From positions 17,078 through 67,485 of the forward strand of contig CAZCMI010000002.1 of the NCBI GenBank assembly GCA_964499955.1: a DNA stretch of 50,408 nucleotides, read 5' to 3'. The translations under genes and the position numbers were made by a program. Shown here in pieces: positions 25,180 to 33,601 of the stretch; position 1 is the first letter of the stretch, and each line of letters starts with the position of its first letter. Under the pieces are notes generated by a model, which had not been told where the DNA came from, searched no databases, and worked only from the letters and a program-made list of their open reading frames with translations. This DNA comes from an uncultured Gammaproteobacteria bacterium. Its GTDB lineage: Bacteria > Patescibacteriota > Patescibacteriia > UBA9934 > GWF2-40-263.

Positions 25180-27417
25180 TTATCGGCGGGGCGGGCGCGG
25201 ACCGGACGGACGGGGGCCGCGCGGGCCGCCGGCACCCATGCTGGGGGCGGCGGCGGTGTTGGCGGCGGTTTGTTCCGGGTACACGTTGCCTTCCGCCTGC
25301 TTCATGGACAAGTTGATGCGCCCGAGGTCGTCGATTTCCTTCACGACCACGGACACCTCGTCGCCGACCTTCACGATATCACGCACGGCATTGAGCCGCC
25401 ACGGGGCCATTTCGCTGATATGCACGAGGCCTTCCTGCTTCGGGAGGATTTCCACGAAGGCGCCGAAATCCATCAGGCGGGTGACCTTGCCGCGGAAGGT
25501 TTCGCCGGCCATGACTTCGCGGGTCAGGTTCTTCACCCATTCCTCGGCCTTTTTGGCGCCTTCGGCGTTCACGGAGGTGATCATCACCAGGCCGTCGTCC
25601 TCGATGTCGATGGTCTGCACGCCGGTGACGGCGATGATTTCGTTGATGGTCTTGCCGCCCGGGCCGATGACGTCGCCGATGCGTTCCGGGTTGATGCGCA
25701 GGGTGATGATGCGCGGGGCGTACGGGGACAGGTCCGGGCGCGGCGCGGCGATGGTCGCCTGCATGACGTCGAGGACCTGCAGACGCCCTTCATGGGCCTG
25801 CGCGAGCGTTTGTTCAATCACGTCCAGGCCGACGCCGTGGGTTTTCGTGTCCATCTGCACGGCGGTGATGCCCGCGCGGCTGCCGGCGATCTTGAAGTCC
25901 ATGCCGCCCAAGCCGTCTTCCAGGTCCTGCAGGTCGGTGATGACCTGCCAGCGGCCGTTGCCATCCGTCGCCATACCCATGGCCATGCCGGCCACCGGGG
26001 CCTTGATGGGCACGCCCGCGTCCATGAGCGCCAGGGTGGAGCCGCAGGTGGACGCCATGGAGCTGGAGCCGTTGCTGCCGAACACCTCGGACACGACGCG
26101 GATGGTGTACGGGAAGGATTCCTTATCCGGCATCATGGGCGAAAGGGCCTTTTCGGCCAGCGCGCCGTGGCCGATTTCACGGCGGCCGGGGCCGCGCATG
26201 GGCTTCACTTCGCCCACGGAGAACGGCGGGAAGTTATAGTGGTGGAAGTAGCGCTTGCTGCCCACGGTTTCCATGTTGTCGAGCGTCTGGGCGTCGCCGG
26301 GGGCGCCCAAGGTGGCGATGGACAGCACCTGGGTTTCGCCGCGCATGAAGTGGCCGGAGCCGTGCACGCGCGGGACCTGGGCCACCTCCGCCAACAACGG
26401 GCGGATGTCCGTAAGGCCGCGGCCGTCCACGCGGCGGCCGTTGTCGAGGATTTCGCGGGAAATGGTCTGTTCGATGACGTCGGTCACGATGGCCGTGCCG
26501 AATTTCACGTCGTCCGCTTCCACGCCCTGTTCCTTCAAGAAGGCCTCCGTGCGGCGCTTTACCTCGCGCTTTTGCTCAGCGCGTTCCACCTTGGTGGCGC
26601 GCGGAACGCCGAAGAACAATTCCTGGGTCTGCGCGGCGATGAACGGACGGGCGATGGCTTCCACTTCCGCGCGGCGCGCGGCGATGGCGGCGGCCTGTTC
26701 CGTCTTCGGCGTGAGCATGTCGCGCTTGGGCTTGCCCGCGGCGGCGCGTACTTCTTCCATCAAACGCAACGGCTCGGCCATGTGGGACAGGCCGAAGCGG
26801 AAGGCGTCCAGCACGGTGGATTCCGGGGCCTCGTTGGCGCCCGCCTCGACCATGATCACGCGTTCCTCCGTACCGGCGAAGGCCAGATCCAGCACGGATT
26901 TGGCGCGGGCGTCATAGGTGGGGTTGATGACCCATTCCCCGCCGATCTGGCCCACGCGGATGTCGGCGATGGGGCCGTTCCACGGAATGTCGCTCAGGTG
27001 CAGCGCACAGCTGGCGGCGACCAGCCCCGGCACGTCCGGGTCGTTTTCGCCGTCGAAGGACAGGCAGGTGACCACGACCTGCACTTCGTTGCGCATGCGG
27101 CCGTCGAACAGCGGGCGGATGGCCCGGTCGATGTAGCGGGCGGTCAAAATCGCCTCGTCGCTTGGGCGGCCTTCCTTCTTGATGAAGCGGCTGCCTTTGA
27201 TGCGTCCGGCGGCGTAGAGTTTTTCCTCGAACTCCACCATCAACGGGAAGAAGTCGATGCCGTCGCGCGTGGTTTCGCTCATGACGGCGGTGGCCAGTAC
27301 CACGGTGTCGCCGTACTGCACCACACAGGCGCCGTTGGCCTGGTTGGCGTACTTGCCCGTCTGGATGCGGAGCGCCTTGCCGCCCCACTGCGTTTCAAAC
27401 GTCTTGATGTCCGGCAT
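25180..27417 (-). CDS. pnp: Polyribonucleotide nucleotidyltransferase (PNPase)
   Basis: Track ORF trimmed to MPDIKTFETQWGGK (ATG at 27417). Two RNase PH domains, a KH domain (GPGGKTINEI) and an S1 domain, followed by a short R/G/P-rich tail. Confidence 0.92.
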   Translation of the reverse strand: MPDIKTFETQWGGKALRIQTGKYANQANGACVVQYGDTVVLATAVMSETTRDGIDFFPLMVEFEEKLYAAGRIKGSRFIKKEGRPSDEAILTARYIDRAIRPLFDGRMRNEVQVVVTCLSFDGENDPDVPGLVAASCALHLSDIPWNGPIADIRVGQIGGEWVINPTYDARAKSVLDLAFAGTEERVIMVEAGANEAPESTVLDAFRFGLSHMAEPLRLMEEVRAAAGKPKRDMLTPKTEQAAAIAARRAEVEAIARPFIAAQTQELFFGVPRATKVERAEQKREVKRRTEAFLKEQGVEADDVKFGTAIVTDVIEQTISREILDNGRRVDGRGLTDIRPLLAEVAQVPRVHGSGHFMRGETQVLSIATLGAPGDAQTLDNMETVGSKRYFHHYNFPPFSVGEVKPMRGPGRREIGHGALAEKALSPMMPDKESFPYTIRVVSEVFGSNGSSSMASTCGSTLALMDAGVPIKAPVAGMAMGMATDGNGRWQVITDLQDLEDGLGGMDFKIAGSRAGITAVQMDTKTHGVGLDVIEQTLAQAHEGRLQVLDVMQATIAAPRPDLSPYAPRIITLRINPERIGDVIGPGGKTINEIIAVTGVQTIDIEDDGLVMITSVNAEGAKKAEEWVKNLTREVMAGETFRGKVTRLMDFGAFVEILPKQEGLVHISEMAPWRLNAVRDIVKVGDEVSVVVKEIDDLGRINLSMKQAEGNVYPEQTAANTAAAPSMGAGGPRGPRPSGPRPPRR

Positions 27418-27504
27418 AGGTTGGATGTGGGCGTTCCGACGAAGCCTGGGATCTCGATGCGTGATCGAAATCGGCGGTCTCGCCGGGACGCGGGGTGAAT
27501 AATT

Positions 27505-27546
27505 CGCAAAGAACCCCCGGCCCACGTAAAAATGGGCCAGGGGTCC
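27505..27546 (-). terminator. rpsO-pnp intergenic hairpin (terminator/attenuator or processing site)
   Basis: 12-bp stem with one mismatch (27513-27524 pairs with 27533-27544), followed on the minus strand by TTCTTT. Confidence 0.6.
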
Positions 27547-27551
27547 GATGC

Positions 27552-27815
27552 TTACTTCAGGCCCAGGGATTCCTTCAGGGCCTTGAACGCCTTGGCGTCT
27601 TCGCGTTCGAGGTACTTCAGCAGGCGGCGGCGCTCGTTGACCTTCTTGATGAGGCCGCGGCGGGACGAGAAGTCCTTCTTGTGCATCTTCAGGTGCTCGG
27701 TGAGCTCCGCGACTTCCGCGGTGAGGATGGCGATCTGCACCTGCGGCGAACCCGTGTCCGACGCGTGGGTGCGGTACTTCTCGATGATCTTCAGCTTCTT
27801 CTTGTTGTCCAGCAT
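27552..27815 (-). CDS. rpsO: 30S ribosomal protein S15
   Basis: 87 aa with GSPQVQIAILT and HLKMHKKDFSSRRGL. Confidence 0.92.
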   Translation of the reverse strand: MLDNKKKLKIIEKYRTHASDTGSPQVQIAILTAEVAELTEHLKMHKKDFSSRRGLIKKVNERRRLLKYLEREDAKAFKALKESLGLK

Positions 27816-27895
27816 AGGTATCGGTTAACGCGCGCGTCCGAGCGACGGGAGCTGATCCCCGCGCCCAGGCGTGCGCCGATTGAATGACGCGGCCC

Positions 27896-27924
27896 ACTTT
27901 ACGTGCCCGCGAGCCGTTCGTCAA
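27896..27924 (-). promoter_or_regulatory. rpsO promoter
   Basis: The minus strand reads TTGACG (27924-27919), a 17-nt spacer, then TAAAGT (27901-27896). This leaves a leader of about 75 nt. Confidence 0.5.
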
Positions 27925-27928
27925 GGCA

Positions 27929-28525
27929 TTACATGCTCCAGTCGCCCAGGTCCGGTAACGTTTCCAGGAACATGTAGGTGAGGGCCACCGTGGTGGAATT
28001 GTCGCTTTGGCGCTCCATGCTCATGGTGCCGGCGTAGCGCTCGTCCCCGCGGCGGGAGAACATGATGAAGGAGCTGTCGCCGTAGGTGGACGTGGACGTG
28101 ACGGTCCAGTTGCCTTCGGGGAGTTCGTCACGGTAGTAGGCGAAGACGTCGCCCACGGACGCCGAGGTGGTCCATTCCCCGCCCGCCATGAAGCCGTCGG
28201 CCTGGTTGATGGAAGAATAGTGCAGCGCCGTCATGCCGCGCATGACCGGGAAGTCCGAGGGGAAGTTCTCCGGCGGGCGGTCGCCCTGGCCGCGCACTTC
28301 GATGGTGCCGGTGGTGCCGTCTTCGTTGGTGAAGGTGATGGTGCCGGTTTCCGTGCGTTCGTCGTAGCGGGTGGTGTCGACGACGGTGCCGTCTTCCGTG
28401 ACCGTGCGCTGCGCGGGTTTGGCGCAGCCGAAGCCCGCGAGGACGAGCAGGGCCAGGACGGCCAGCAAGGCGGGAACGGCGAGGCGCGAACGGGACGGTT
28501 CGCGAACGGCGGGTACATGGGGCAT
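27929..28525 (-). CDS. Putative lipoprotein
   Basis: Trimmed to MPHVPAV (ATG at 28525). The signal peptide ends in LAGFGC. The mature part is T/G/D-rich. Confidence 0.6.
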   Translation of the reverse strand: MPHVPAVREPSRSRLAVPALLAVLALLVLAGFGCAKPAQRTVTEDGTVVDTTRYDERTETGTITFTNEDGTTGTIEVRGQGDRPPENFPSDFPVMRGMTALHYSSINQADGFMAGGEWTTSASVGDVFAYYRDELPEGNWTVTSTSTYGDSSFIMFSRRGDERYAGTMSMERQSDNSTTVALTYMFLETLPDLGDWSM

Positions 28526-28582
28526 ACGCGGGAAAAAATGAGTTTCCGCAAGTATATCACCGCCGCATTCCCGCCGCCACCG

Positions 28583-28614
28583 AAACGAAAACGCCCCCAA
28601 GGAGGGAGCGTTTT
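28583..28614 (-). terminator. Intrinsic terminator after the DsbA-like gene
   Basis: The minus strand reads AAAACGCTCCC tccttg GGGGCGTTTT CGTTT, with one mismatch. Confidence 0.55.
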
Positions 28615-28628
28615 CCCGCAGGCGCGCG

Positions 28629-29375
28629 TTAGCGGGCGAGCGCGGCGTCGATCATCGGCTTCACGTTTTCGTACGGCAGAGCGCCGCGGATCGGCGTGAC
28701 GGAGCCGTCGGCAGCGATGATGAAGGAACCCGGGGTGCCGTTCACGCCCGCGCCCACGCCGCCCTGGTACTGCTCGCGCACCTTGGCCAACATGCGGCCG
28801 GAGGACACGCAGTCGTCGAAGCGCTGCATGTTCAGGCCGAGTTCGCGGGCGGCCTGGCTGTAGTAGGCCGTGCTGAGCATGGTCTGGTTTTCAAACAGCT
28901 TGTCGTGGAATTCCCAGAACTTGCCCTGTTCGGCCGCGCATTCCGAGGCCGCGCCGGCCGGTTCGGCCTGCGGGTGGAAGGACAGCGGGAAGTGGCGGTA
29001 CACGATGCGCACCTGGCGCGGATACTCGGCGGCGATCTGCTTAACGGTCGGGAAGAAGCGGCTGCAGAACGGGCATTCGAAGTCCGAGTATTCGACGAGC
29101 GTCACCGGGGCGTTGCGGTCGCCGAGAACGTGGTCGTCGTCGGTCACCGGCGGGATGGGGCCGACGAATTCGTCGTCCGGCATGCCGGTCGGGGGTGCCG
29201 TGGGCGCGACGTAGCCCGACGGGGCCGCGGAGCCGCCGGCGCCGCAGGAACCGGAGAGCATGCAGGCGCCCAGGACGATGAAGCCCAAGGTGCCCAAGAG
29301 GAGGATGGCGGTGACAATGCCGCCGATGAAAGCGGTCTTCGGCGGAAGCGAGTTGACGAAGGAGTTGGATTCCAT
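28629..29375 (-). CDS. DsbA-family thiol:disulfide oxidoreductase, membrane-anchored
   Basis: Trimmed to MESNSFV (ATG at 29375). It has a TM helix, the thioredoxin-fold CPFC active site in YSDFECPFCSRF, and GTPGSFI. Confidence 0.82.
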   Translation of the reverse strand: MESNSFVNSLPPKTAFIGGIVTAILLLGTLGFIVLGACMLSGSCGAGGSAAPSGYVAPTAPPTGMPDDEFVGPIPPVTDDDHVLGDRNAPVTLVEYSDFECPFCSRFFPTVKQIAAEYPRQVRIVYRHFPLSFHPQAEPAGAASECAAEQGKFWEFHDKLFENQTMLSTAYYSQAARELGLNMQRFDDCVSSGRMLAKVREQYQGGVGAGVNGTPGSFIIAADGSVTPIRGALPYENVKPMIDAALAR

Positions 29376-29419
29376 AAAAGGATGAAGAAAGAAACGGGAT
29401 GGGCGGCGTGGACGGAACG

Positions 29420-29758
29420 TTACGGATCCCGCAGCGTGAGGGCGTGGGAGAGGAAGGGTTCGCGCCAGGCATGCGGGGCCTGCACGGTTTCTTCCGCGGC
29501 CGGACGCAGGATTTTCGGCACGGCCAGTTCCGCCACGTCGGTGCGCGGCGGCAGGACGGCCGCCAAGGCGAGGCGTGCGGGCACCGGGGCTTCCTCCGAC
29601 GGGAATTCCGGCAGGTCCGTTTTGACCAGGCGTTCCGCCGCGCAGTGCGGAATATGGACGACCGGCGGGCAGACGGCCGCACGGGCGGACAACCCGGAAA
29701 CGGCCGTCACGGCCGCGAGCGCCAGACACGCGATGGATGTACGCCAAGTCGAGAACAT
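29420..29758 (-). CDS. Possible small secreted protein with a C-x8-C pair
   Basis: Signal-like N-terminus MFSTWRTSIACLALAAVTAVSGLSARA, then CPPVVHIPHC. It ends 44 nt upstream of the DsbA-like gene on the same strand. Confidence 0.4.
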   Translation of the reverse strand: MFSTWRTSIACLALAAVTAVSGLSARAAVCPPVVHIPHCAAERLVKTDLPEFPSEEAPVPARLALAAVLPPRTDVAELAVPKILRPAAEETVQAPHAWREPFLSHALTLRDP

Positions 29759-29841
29759 AGGACAAGCGGCCCCATGATACCACGCCGCGCCGCCGATGCG
29801 GACGCGCCATCGCCCGTCAAGTGTCGTATAATGAGCGCGCT

Positions 29842-30762
29842 ATGCCCTCCGAGCTGCGAAAACGCCTGACGGATTTCCTGGAGTACTTGGAAGTGGACCG
29901 CGGCCGCTCCGCCCGCACGGTCCGCAATTATCATTTCTACCTGCACCGCTTCGCCGATTGGGCCAAGGATCCGGCGCCTTCCGCCATCACCCGCGAGATG
30001 GTGCACAAATACCGCCTGTGGCTGAACCGTTCCCTGCCCGGCCGCGACGCGGAAACGCTCAAGAAGAACACGCAGAACTACCATCTCATCGCCTTGCGAG
30101 CCTTCCTCAAATATTTGTCGAAGAACGGCGTGGACTCGCTTTCGCCCGAGCAGATCGAGTTGTCCAAGTCATCCGCGCGGGTGGTGGATTTCCTGGAGCC
30201 GGATGAATTGGAACGGTTGCGCGCCGCGCCGGGGCGCATGGCCGAAGGGCTGGTGGCCCTGCGCGACCGCGCTATTTTGGAGACGCTGTTTTCCACCGGC
30301 TTGCGCGTGTCGGAGCTAGCCGCGCTGGCCATCGAGCGGGTGAACTTGAAACGGGACGAATTCACCGTGCGCGGCAAAGGGGACAAGCCGCGGGTGGTGT
30401 TCCTCTCCCCCGCCGCCCGCGAGGCGCTGCAGGCGTACGTGGCCGCCCGCCGCGATACGTCGCCGTACCTGTTCGTCTCGCACGACCGGGCGAAGAAGGG
30501 CCGCGCGGAAACCGGCTCGCTGACGCCGCGCAGCGTGGAACGCATCGTCTCCGGCTACGCCCGCGCCTGCGGCATCGCCAAGCGCATCACCCCGCACACG
30601 CTGCGGCACACCTTCGCCACGGACCTGCTGCGCAACGGCGCGGATATCCGCTCCGTGCAGTCGCTGCTCGGCCACGCGTCCATCACCACCACCCAGGTGT
30701 ACACGCACGTGACCAACAAGCAGCTCAAGGACGTCCACAAGAAGTTCCACGGAAGAAGCTAG
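29842..30762 (+). CDS. Tyrosine recombinase, XerC/XerD type
   Basis: Catalytic pattern GLRVSEL (R), HTLRHTFAT (H-x-x-R) and LGHASITTTQVYTHV (H...Y). A perfect TATAAT at 29827-29832 favours the ATG at 29842 over the track start at 29821. Confidence 0.85.
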   Translation: MPSELRKRLTDFLEYLEVDRGRSARTVRNYHFYLHRFADWAKDPAPSAITREMVHKYRLWLNRSLPGRDAETLKKNTQNYHLIALRAFLKYLSKNGVDSLSPEQIELSKSSARVVDFLEPDELERLRAAPGRMAEGLVALRDRAILETLFSTGLRVSELAALAIERVNLKRDEFTVRGKGDKPRVVFLSPAAREALQAYVAARRDTSPYLFVSHDRAKKGRAETGSLTPRSVERIVSGYARACGIAKRITPHTLRHTFATDLLRNGADIRSVQSLLGHASITTTQVYTHVTNKQLKDVHKKFHGRS

Positions 30763-30831
30763 AGGATGGGTCGGCGCATTGACCGGCGTGGAAAAATTCG
30801 TTAGATTGCCTCGTCCCGCGTGGGACGCCCT

Positions 30832-30908
30832 GCCCCCGTGGCGCAACTGGATAGCGCGGCGGGCTTCTATCCCGTAGGTTGTAGGTTCGACTCCTACCGG
30901 GGGCACCA
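30832..30908 (+). tRNA. tRNA-Arg (TCT)
   Basis: Acceptor GCCCCCG/CGGGGGC, anticodon arm GCGGG-CTTCTAT-CCCGT, T arm GTAGG-TTCGACT-CCTAC, A73, encoded CCA. Confidence 0.9.
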
Positions 30909-30944
30909 AAAACACCTGTCCTTGTGGCGGGTGTTTTCGTTTTG
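30909..30944 (+). terminator. Intrinsic terminator after tRNA-Arg
   Basis: ACACC ... GGTGT hairpin followed by TTTTCGTTTT. Confidence 0.55.
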
Positions 30945-30978
30945 CCGCCGTATGCGGGTCGTGGTACAAGCGGGGCGT

Positions 30979-31575
30979 ATGCAGGTTCTACCGCCGACGG
31001 ATGAAGCCGTTCAAGCTGCCGTGCGCGTGTTGCATGCGGGCGGCGTGATTGTCTATCCCACGGACACGGTGTACGGCTTGGGCGCGGATGCCACGAACGC
31101 CGACGCGGTGGCCTTGGTCCGGCGCATCAAAGGACGGGACGCCGCCAAACCGATCCTTGCCATGGTCGCGGACCTGCCCATGCTGGAAGCGTACGCGGAG
31201 ATGACGCCGTTGGCGCGCCGCTTGGCCGAGGCGTATCTGCCCGGGCCGCTTTCGTTGGTGCTTGCCGTTCGCGGTGAGGCGTTGGCACCCGTGGCCTCCG
31301 TGGATGGGTCGGCGGGGTTCCGCCTGCCGGACCAGCCGTTTTGTCGGGCCGTCGCGGCAGCATTCGGTCGTCCCGTCACTTCCACCAGCGTGAATCGTTC
31401 CGGCGAACCGCAGGCGCGCGACATACAAAACATGCTCGCCCAATTAGGCGAGCATGCACGGGACATTTCCTTGATCGTCGATGCCGGGACGCTCCCATTG
31501 CGGCCACCTTCTACGATCGTGGACGCGCGCGGCACGGAGCCGGTCGTCTTACGTGCAGGCGGCATTTCCCTTTAG
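30979..31575 (+). CDS. tsaC: L-threonylcarbamoyladenylate synthase (TsaC/YrdC/Sua5 family)
   Basis: Motifs VIVYPTDTVYGLGADA, KGRDAAKP, LPGPLSLVL and TSTSVNRSG. The alternative start is 30952. Confidence 0.85.
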   Translation: MQVLPPTDEAVQAAVRVLHAGGVIVYPTDTVYGLGADATNADAVALVRRIKGRDAAKPILAMVADLPMLEAYAEMTPLARRLAEAYLPGPLSLVLAVRGEALAPVASVDGSAGFRLPDQPFCRAVAAAFGRPVTSTSVNRSGEPQARDIQNMLAQLGEHARDISLIVDAGTLPLRPPSTIVDARGTEPVVLRAGGISL

Positions 31576-32015
31576 GCCACTTCGAACGAGTGGCCGAGGA
31601 TGGCGCGATAAATCGTGCCGCGGCTGACCAAGCCCACGGGTGCGCCGTCTTCCACCACCGGCACATGGTGGATGCCGCTCGCGACCATCTGCGCGCCGAC
31701 CTTCAGCACGGGCGTGTCGGGCCGGGCGCTGATGATGCGCCGCGACATGACGTCCCCCACCGTGCGGCCGTCCATGCGCACGGTTTCCATCTCCTCGAAG
31801 TCCAGGAAGCCATGCGGCATGCCCGCCCATTCGGCGTGGGAGGGAAACAGGCCGCGGAACAAGTCCTTTTCCGAAAGAATCCCCACGAGGCGGTTGTTTT
31901 CCACGACGGGCGCGCTGGACGTTTTGCGTTCGAGCAGGAGCCGGGCCGCTTCGCGCCACGACAGGTCCGGGACGAGCGTGACGAAATCCGTCACCATGAT
32001 GTCTTTGACGAGCAT
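31572..32015 (-). CDS. CBS-domain pair protein
   Basis: 147 aa with two CBS repeats (VKDIMVTDFVTL...APVVENNRLVGILSEKDL and VGDVMSRRIISA...HHVPVVEDGAPVGLVSRGTI). Confidence 0.8.
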   Translation of the reverse strand: MLVKDIMVTDFVTLVPDLSWREAARLLLERKTSSAPVVENNRLVGILSEKDLFRGLFPSHAEWAGMPHGFLDFEEMETVRMDGRTVGDVMSRRIISARPDTPVLKVGAQMVASGIHHVPVVEDGAPVGLVSRGTIYRAILGHSFEVA

Positions 32016-32144
32016 ATGGGTGTGGGATGAGGGTGAATTTTATTCATCGTACCTTCTTTCCAGGTTCTGCCAACCCCCGGTCTTGATATTTGGCCGCGTC
32101 AATGCTACATTCGCCTGCGCCACGCCTCCGCGCGTCCGCAAGAC

Positions 32145-32219
32145 GGCGGCCATAGCTCAGTGGTAGAGCACCGGATTGTGGCTCCGGCTACACGGGTTCA
32201 ATTCCCGTTGGTCGCCCCA
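32145..32219 (+). tRNA. tRNA-His (GTG) with encoded G-1
   Basis: G-1 lies opposite C73. Acceptor GCGGCCA/TGGTCGC, anticodon arm CCGGA-TTGTGGC-TCCGG, T arm ACGGG-TTCAATT-CCCGT, encoded CCA. Confidence 0.9.
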
Positions 32220-32220
32220 G

Positions 32221-32252
32221 AAACGCCCCGCTTCGGCGGGGCGTTTCTTTTT
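32221..32252 (+). terminator. Intrinsic terminator after tRNA-His
   Basis: AAACGCCCCGC ttcg GCGGGGCGTTT CTTTTT. Confidence 0.8.
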
Positions 32253-32293
32253 GACATTCGTCGTCGGTTTCCGTAGGGTGTCCGGGACTTCGT

Positions 32294-33304
32294 ATGAAAC
32301 ATTGGCTCGCCGCCATCGTGACGTTTCTGGTCCTGACGGGCGTGGGGTGCGCCGCGTTTTCGTTCCGTTCTTCGGGCGTGGACGCTCCCGCCCCCGTTAC
32401 GGAACCGGTGGACGCGCTGCTCGCCGTCGTCGGAACGCGCGACGCGGACGGGCGTCGTTTGGAACTCATTCTGCCGGACGGCAGCGTGGAGGACGTCGAC
32501 TACGGCGAACTCGACGCGTCGCTTGCGGAAGAAGGAACCTTGGTGCGCGTCTCCGGCGTCCGTGATTTGTCCACGCGCGCCATCCGCGCGGAGGCGTTGG
32601 ACCGGGAACAGGCCGCCGGTATCCGCGTCACGTCCCCCGCCCCCGGCGCCACCGTCACCTCGCCCGTGGTGGTGTTCGGCTTCGTCCGTGCGGAAACGGG
32701 GGAGATCTCCTGGCAGTTGTCTGACCAGGACGGTGCGGTTGCCGACCACGGATCGGCGCGCCTGTCGGATGCGCCGCAGGATGCCTTTGTTCCGTTCCGT
32801 TTGGAATTGTTCCCGCCGGCGTTTGAACGGGCGGCTTTCACCTTGGAACTGTCCGTGCGCGGCCGCGATGGGCGCGACCAGGACGCCGTTTCCCTGCCCC
32901 TCTCTTTGTTGTCCGCGGACGCGACGGACCTGACCCTGTATTTTGCGCACGATGCCCAGGGGTCCGCCCGCGACTGTTCGCTGGTGTTCCCGGTAACGCG
33001 TCGGATCGCCCGTACGTCGGCCGTGGCCCGTGCCGCCGCGGTGGAATTGGTGAAGGGTCCGACCGTCGAGGAAATGGCGAGCGGGTACCGCAGCCGCCTG
33101 CCGCCGGAAACGTCCCTGCGTTCCCTGTCCGTCACGGACGAAGGCGCGGTGGCGGACTTCTCCGCGGCGCTCGGCCGCCTGCCGTCGAATTGCCGCAACA
33201 TGGGCATTCGCGCCCAGCTGGCGCAAACGTTGCTGGCCGTGCCGGGCGTTCACGACGTGTCCGTGTTGGTGGAAGGGGTGCCTGCGCCGGCGTTTCAGCC
33301 CTGA
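32294..33304 (+). CDS. Lipoprotein with Gmad2-like Ig domain and GerMN-like domain
   Basis: Lipobox LTGVGC. The middle segment IRVTSPAPGATVTSPVVVFGFVRAETGEISWQL has an Ig-like pattern. The C-terminal LTLYFAHD...VFPVTRRI...AAAVELVKGP fits the GerMN pattern. Confidence 0.65.
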   Translation: MKHWLAAIVTFLVLTGVGCAAFSFRSSGVDAPAPVTEPVDALLAVVGTRDADGRRLELILPDGSVEDVDYGELDASLAEEGTLVRVSGVRDLSTRAIRAEALDREQAAGIRVTSPAPGATVTSPVVVFGFVRAETGEISWQLSDQDGAVADHGSARLSDAPQDAFVPFRLELFPPAFERAAFTLELSVRGRDGRDQDAVSLPLSLLSADATDLTLYFAHDAQGSARDCSLVFPVTRRIARTSAVARAAAVELVKGPTVEEMASGYRSRLPPETSLRSLSVTDEGAVADFSAALGRLPSNCRNMGIRAQLAQTLLAVPGVHDVSVLVEGVPAPAFQP

Positions 33305-33333
33305 GGGGCGGCCGTGCTTCAAAAAAGCGTTGG

Positions 33334-33358
33334 AAGCCCCGCGTTTGCGGGGTTTTTC
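33334..33358 (+). terminator. Intrinsic terminator after the lipoprotein gene
   Basis: CCCCGC gttt GCGGGG TTTTT. Confidence 0.75.
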
Positions 33359-33378
33359 GTTTGCGCAGGATGCGACGC

Positions 33379-33407
33379 TTGACAGGATTCCGGCCCGGCC
33401 GTACTAT
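33379..33407 (+). promoter_or_regulatory. Near-consensus sigma70 promoter of orphan gene A
   Basis: TTGACA (33379-33384), a 17-nt spacer, then TACTAT (33402-33407). Confidence 0.6.
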
Positions 33408-33435
33408 ACGCCGCGCTGCTCGGAAACCCGTGGCC

Positions 33436-33461
33436 AAAAAGCCCCGATCCGTCGGGGTTTT
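33436..33461 (+). terminator. Promoter-proximal terminator-like hairpin in the gene A leader (attenuator?)
   Basis: AAAAA G CCCCGA tccg TCGGGG TTTT. It lies about 30-55 nt downstream of the -10 element. Confidence 0.5.
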
Positions 33462-33601
33462 GAAGATCCCGGAGAACGGCACGACGCTCTCTCACAACCG
33501 AGCGAACCAATTCCGGAACCTTCCGGAAAACCCGCCGAAGGCATGTTGCCAACGGCACCAACCCCGCCTCCGCAAACAGGAGGCAAACGCAGGAGTACGT
33601 G

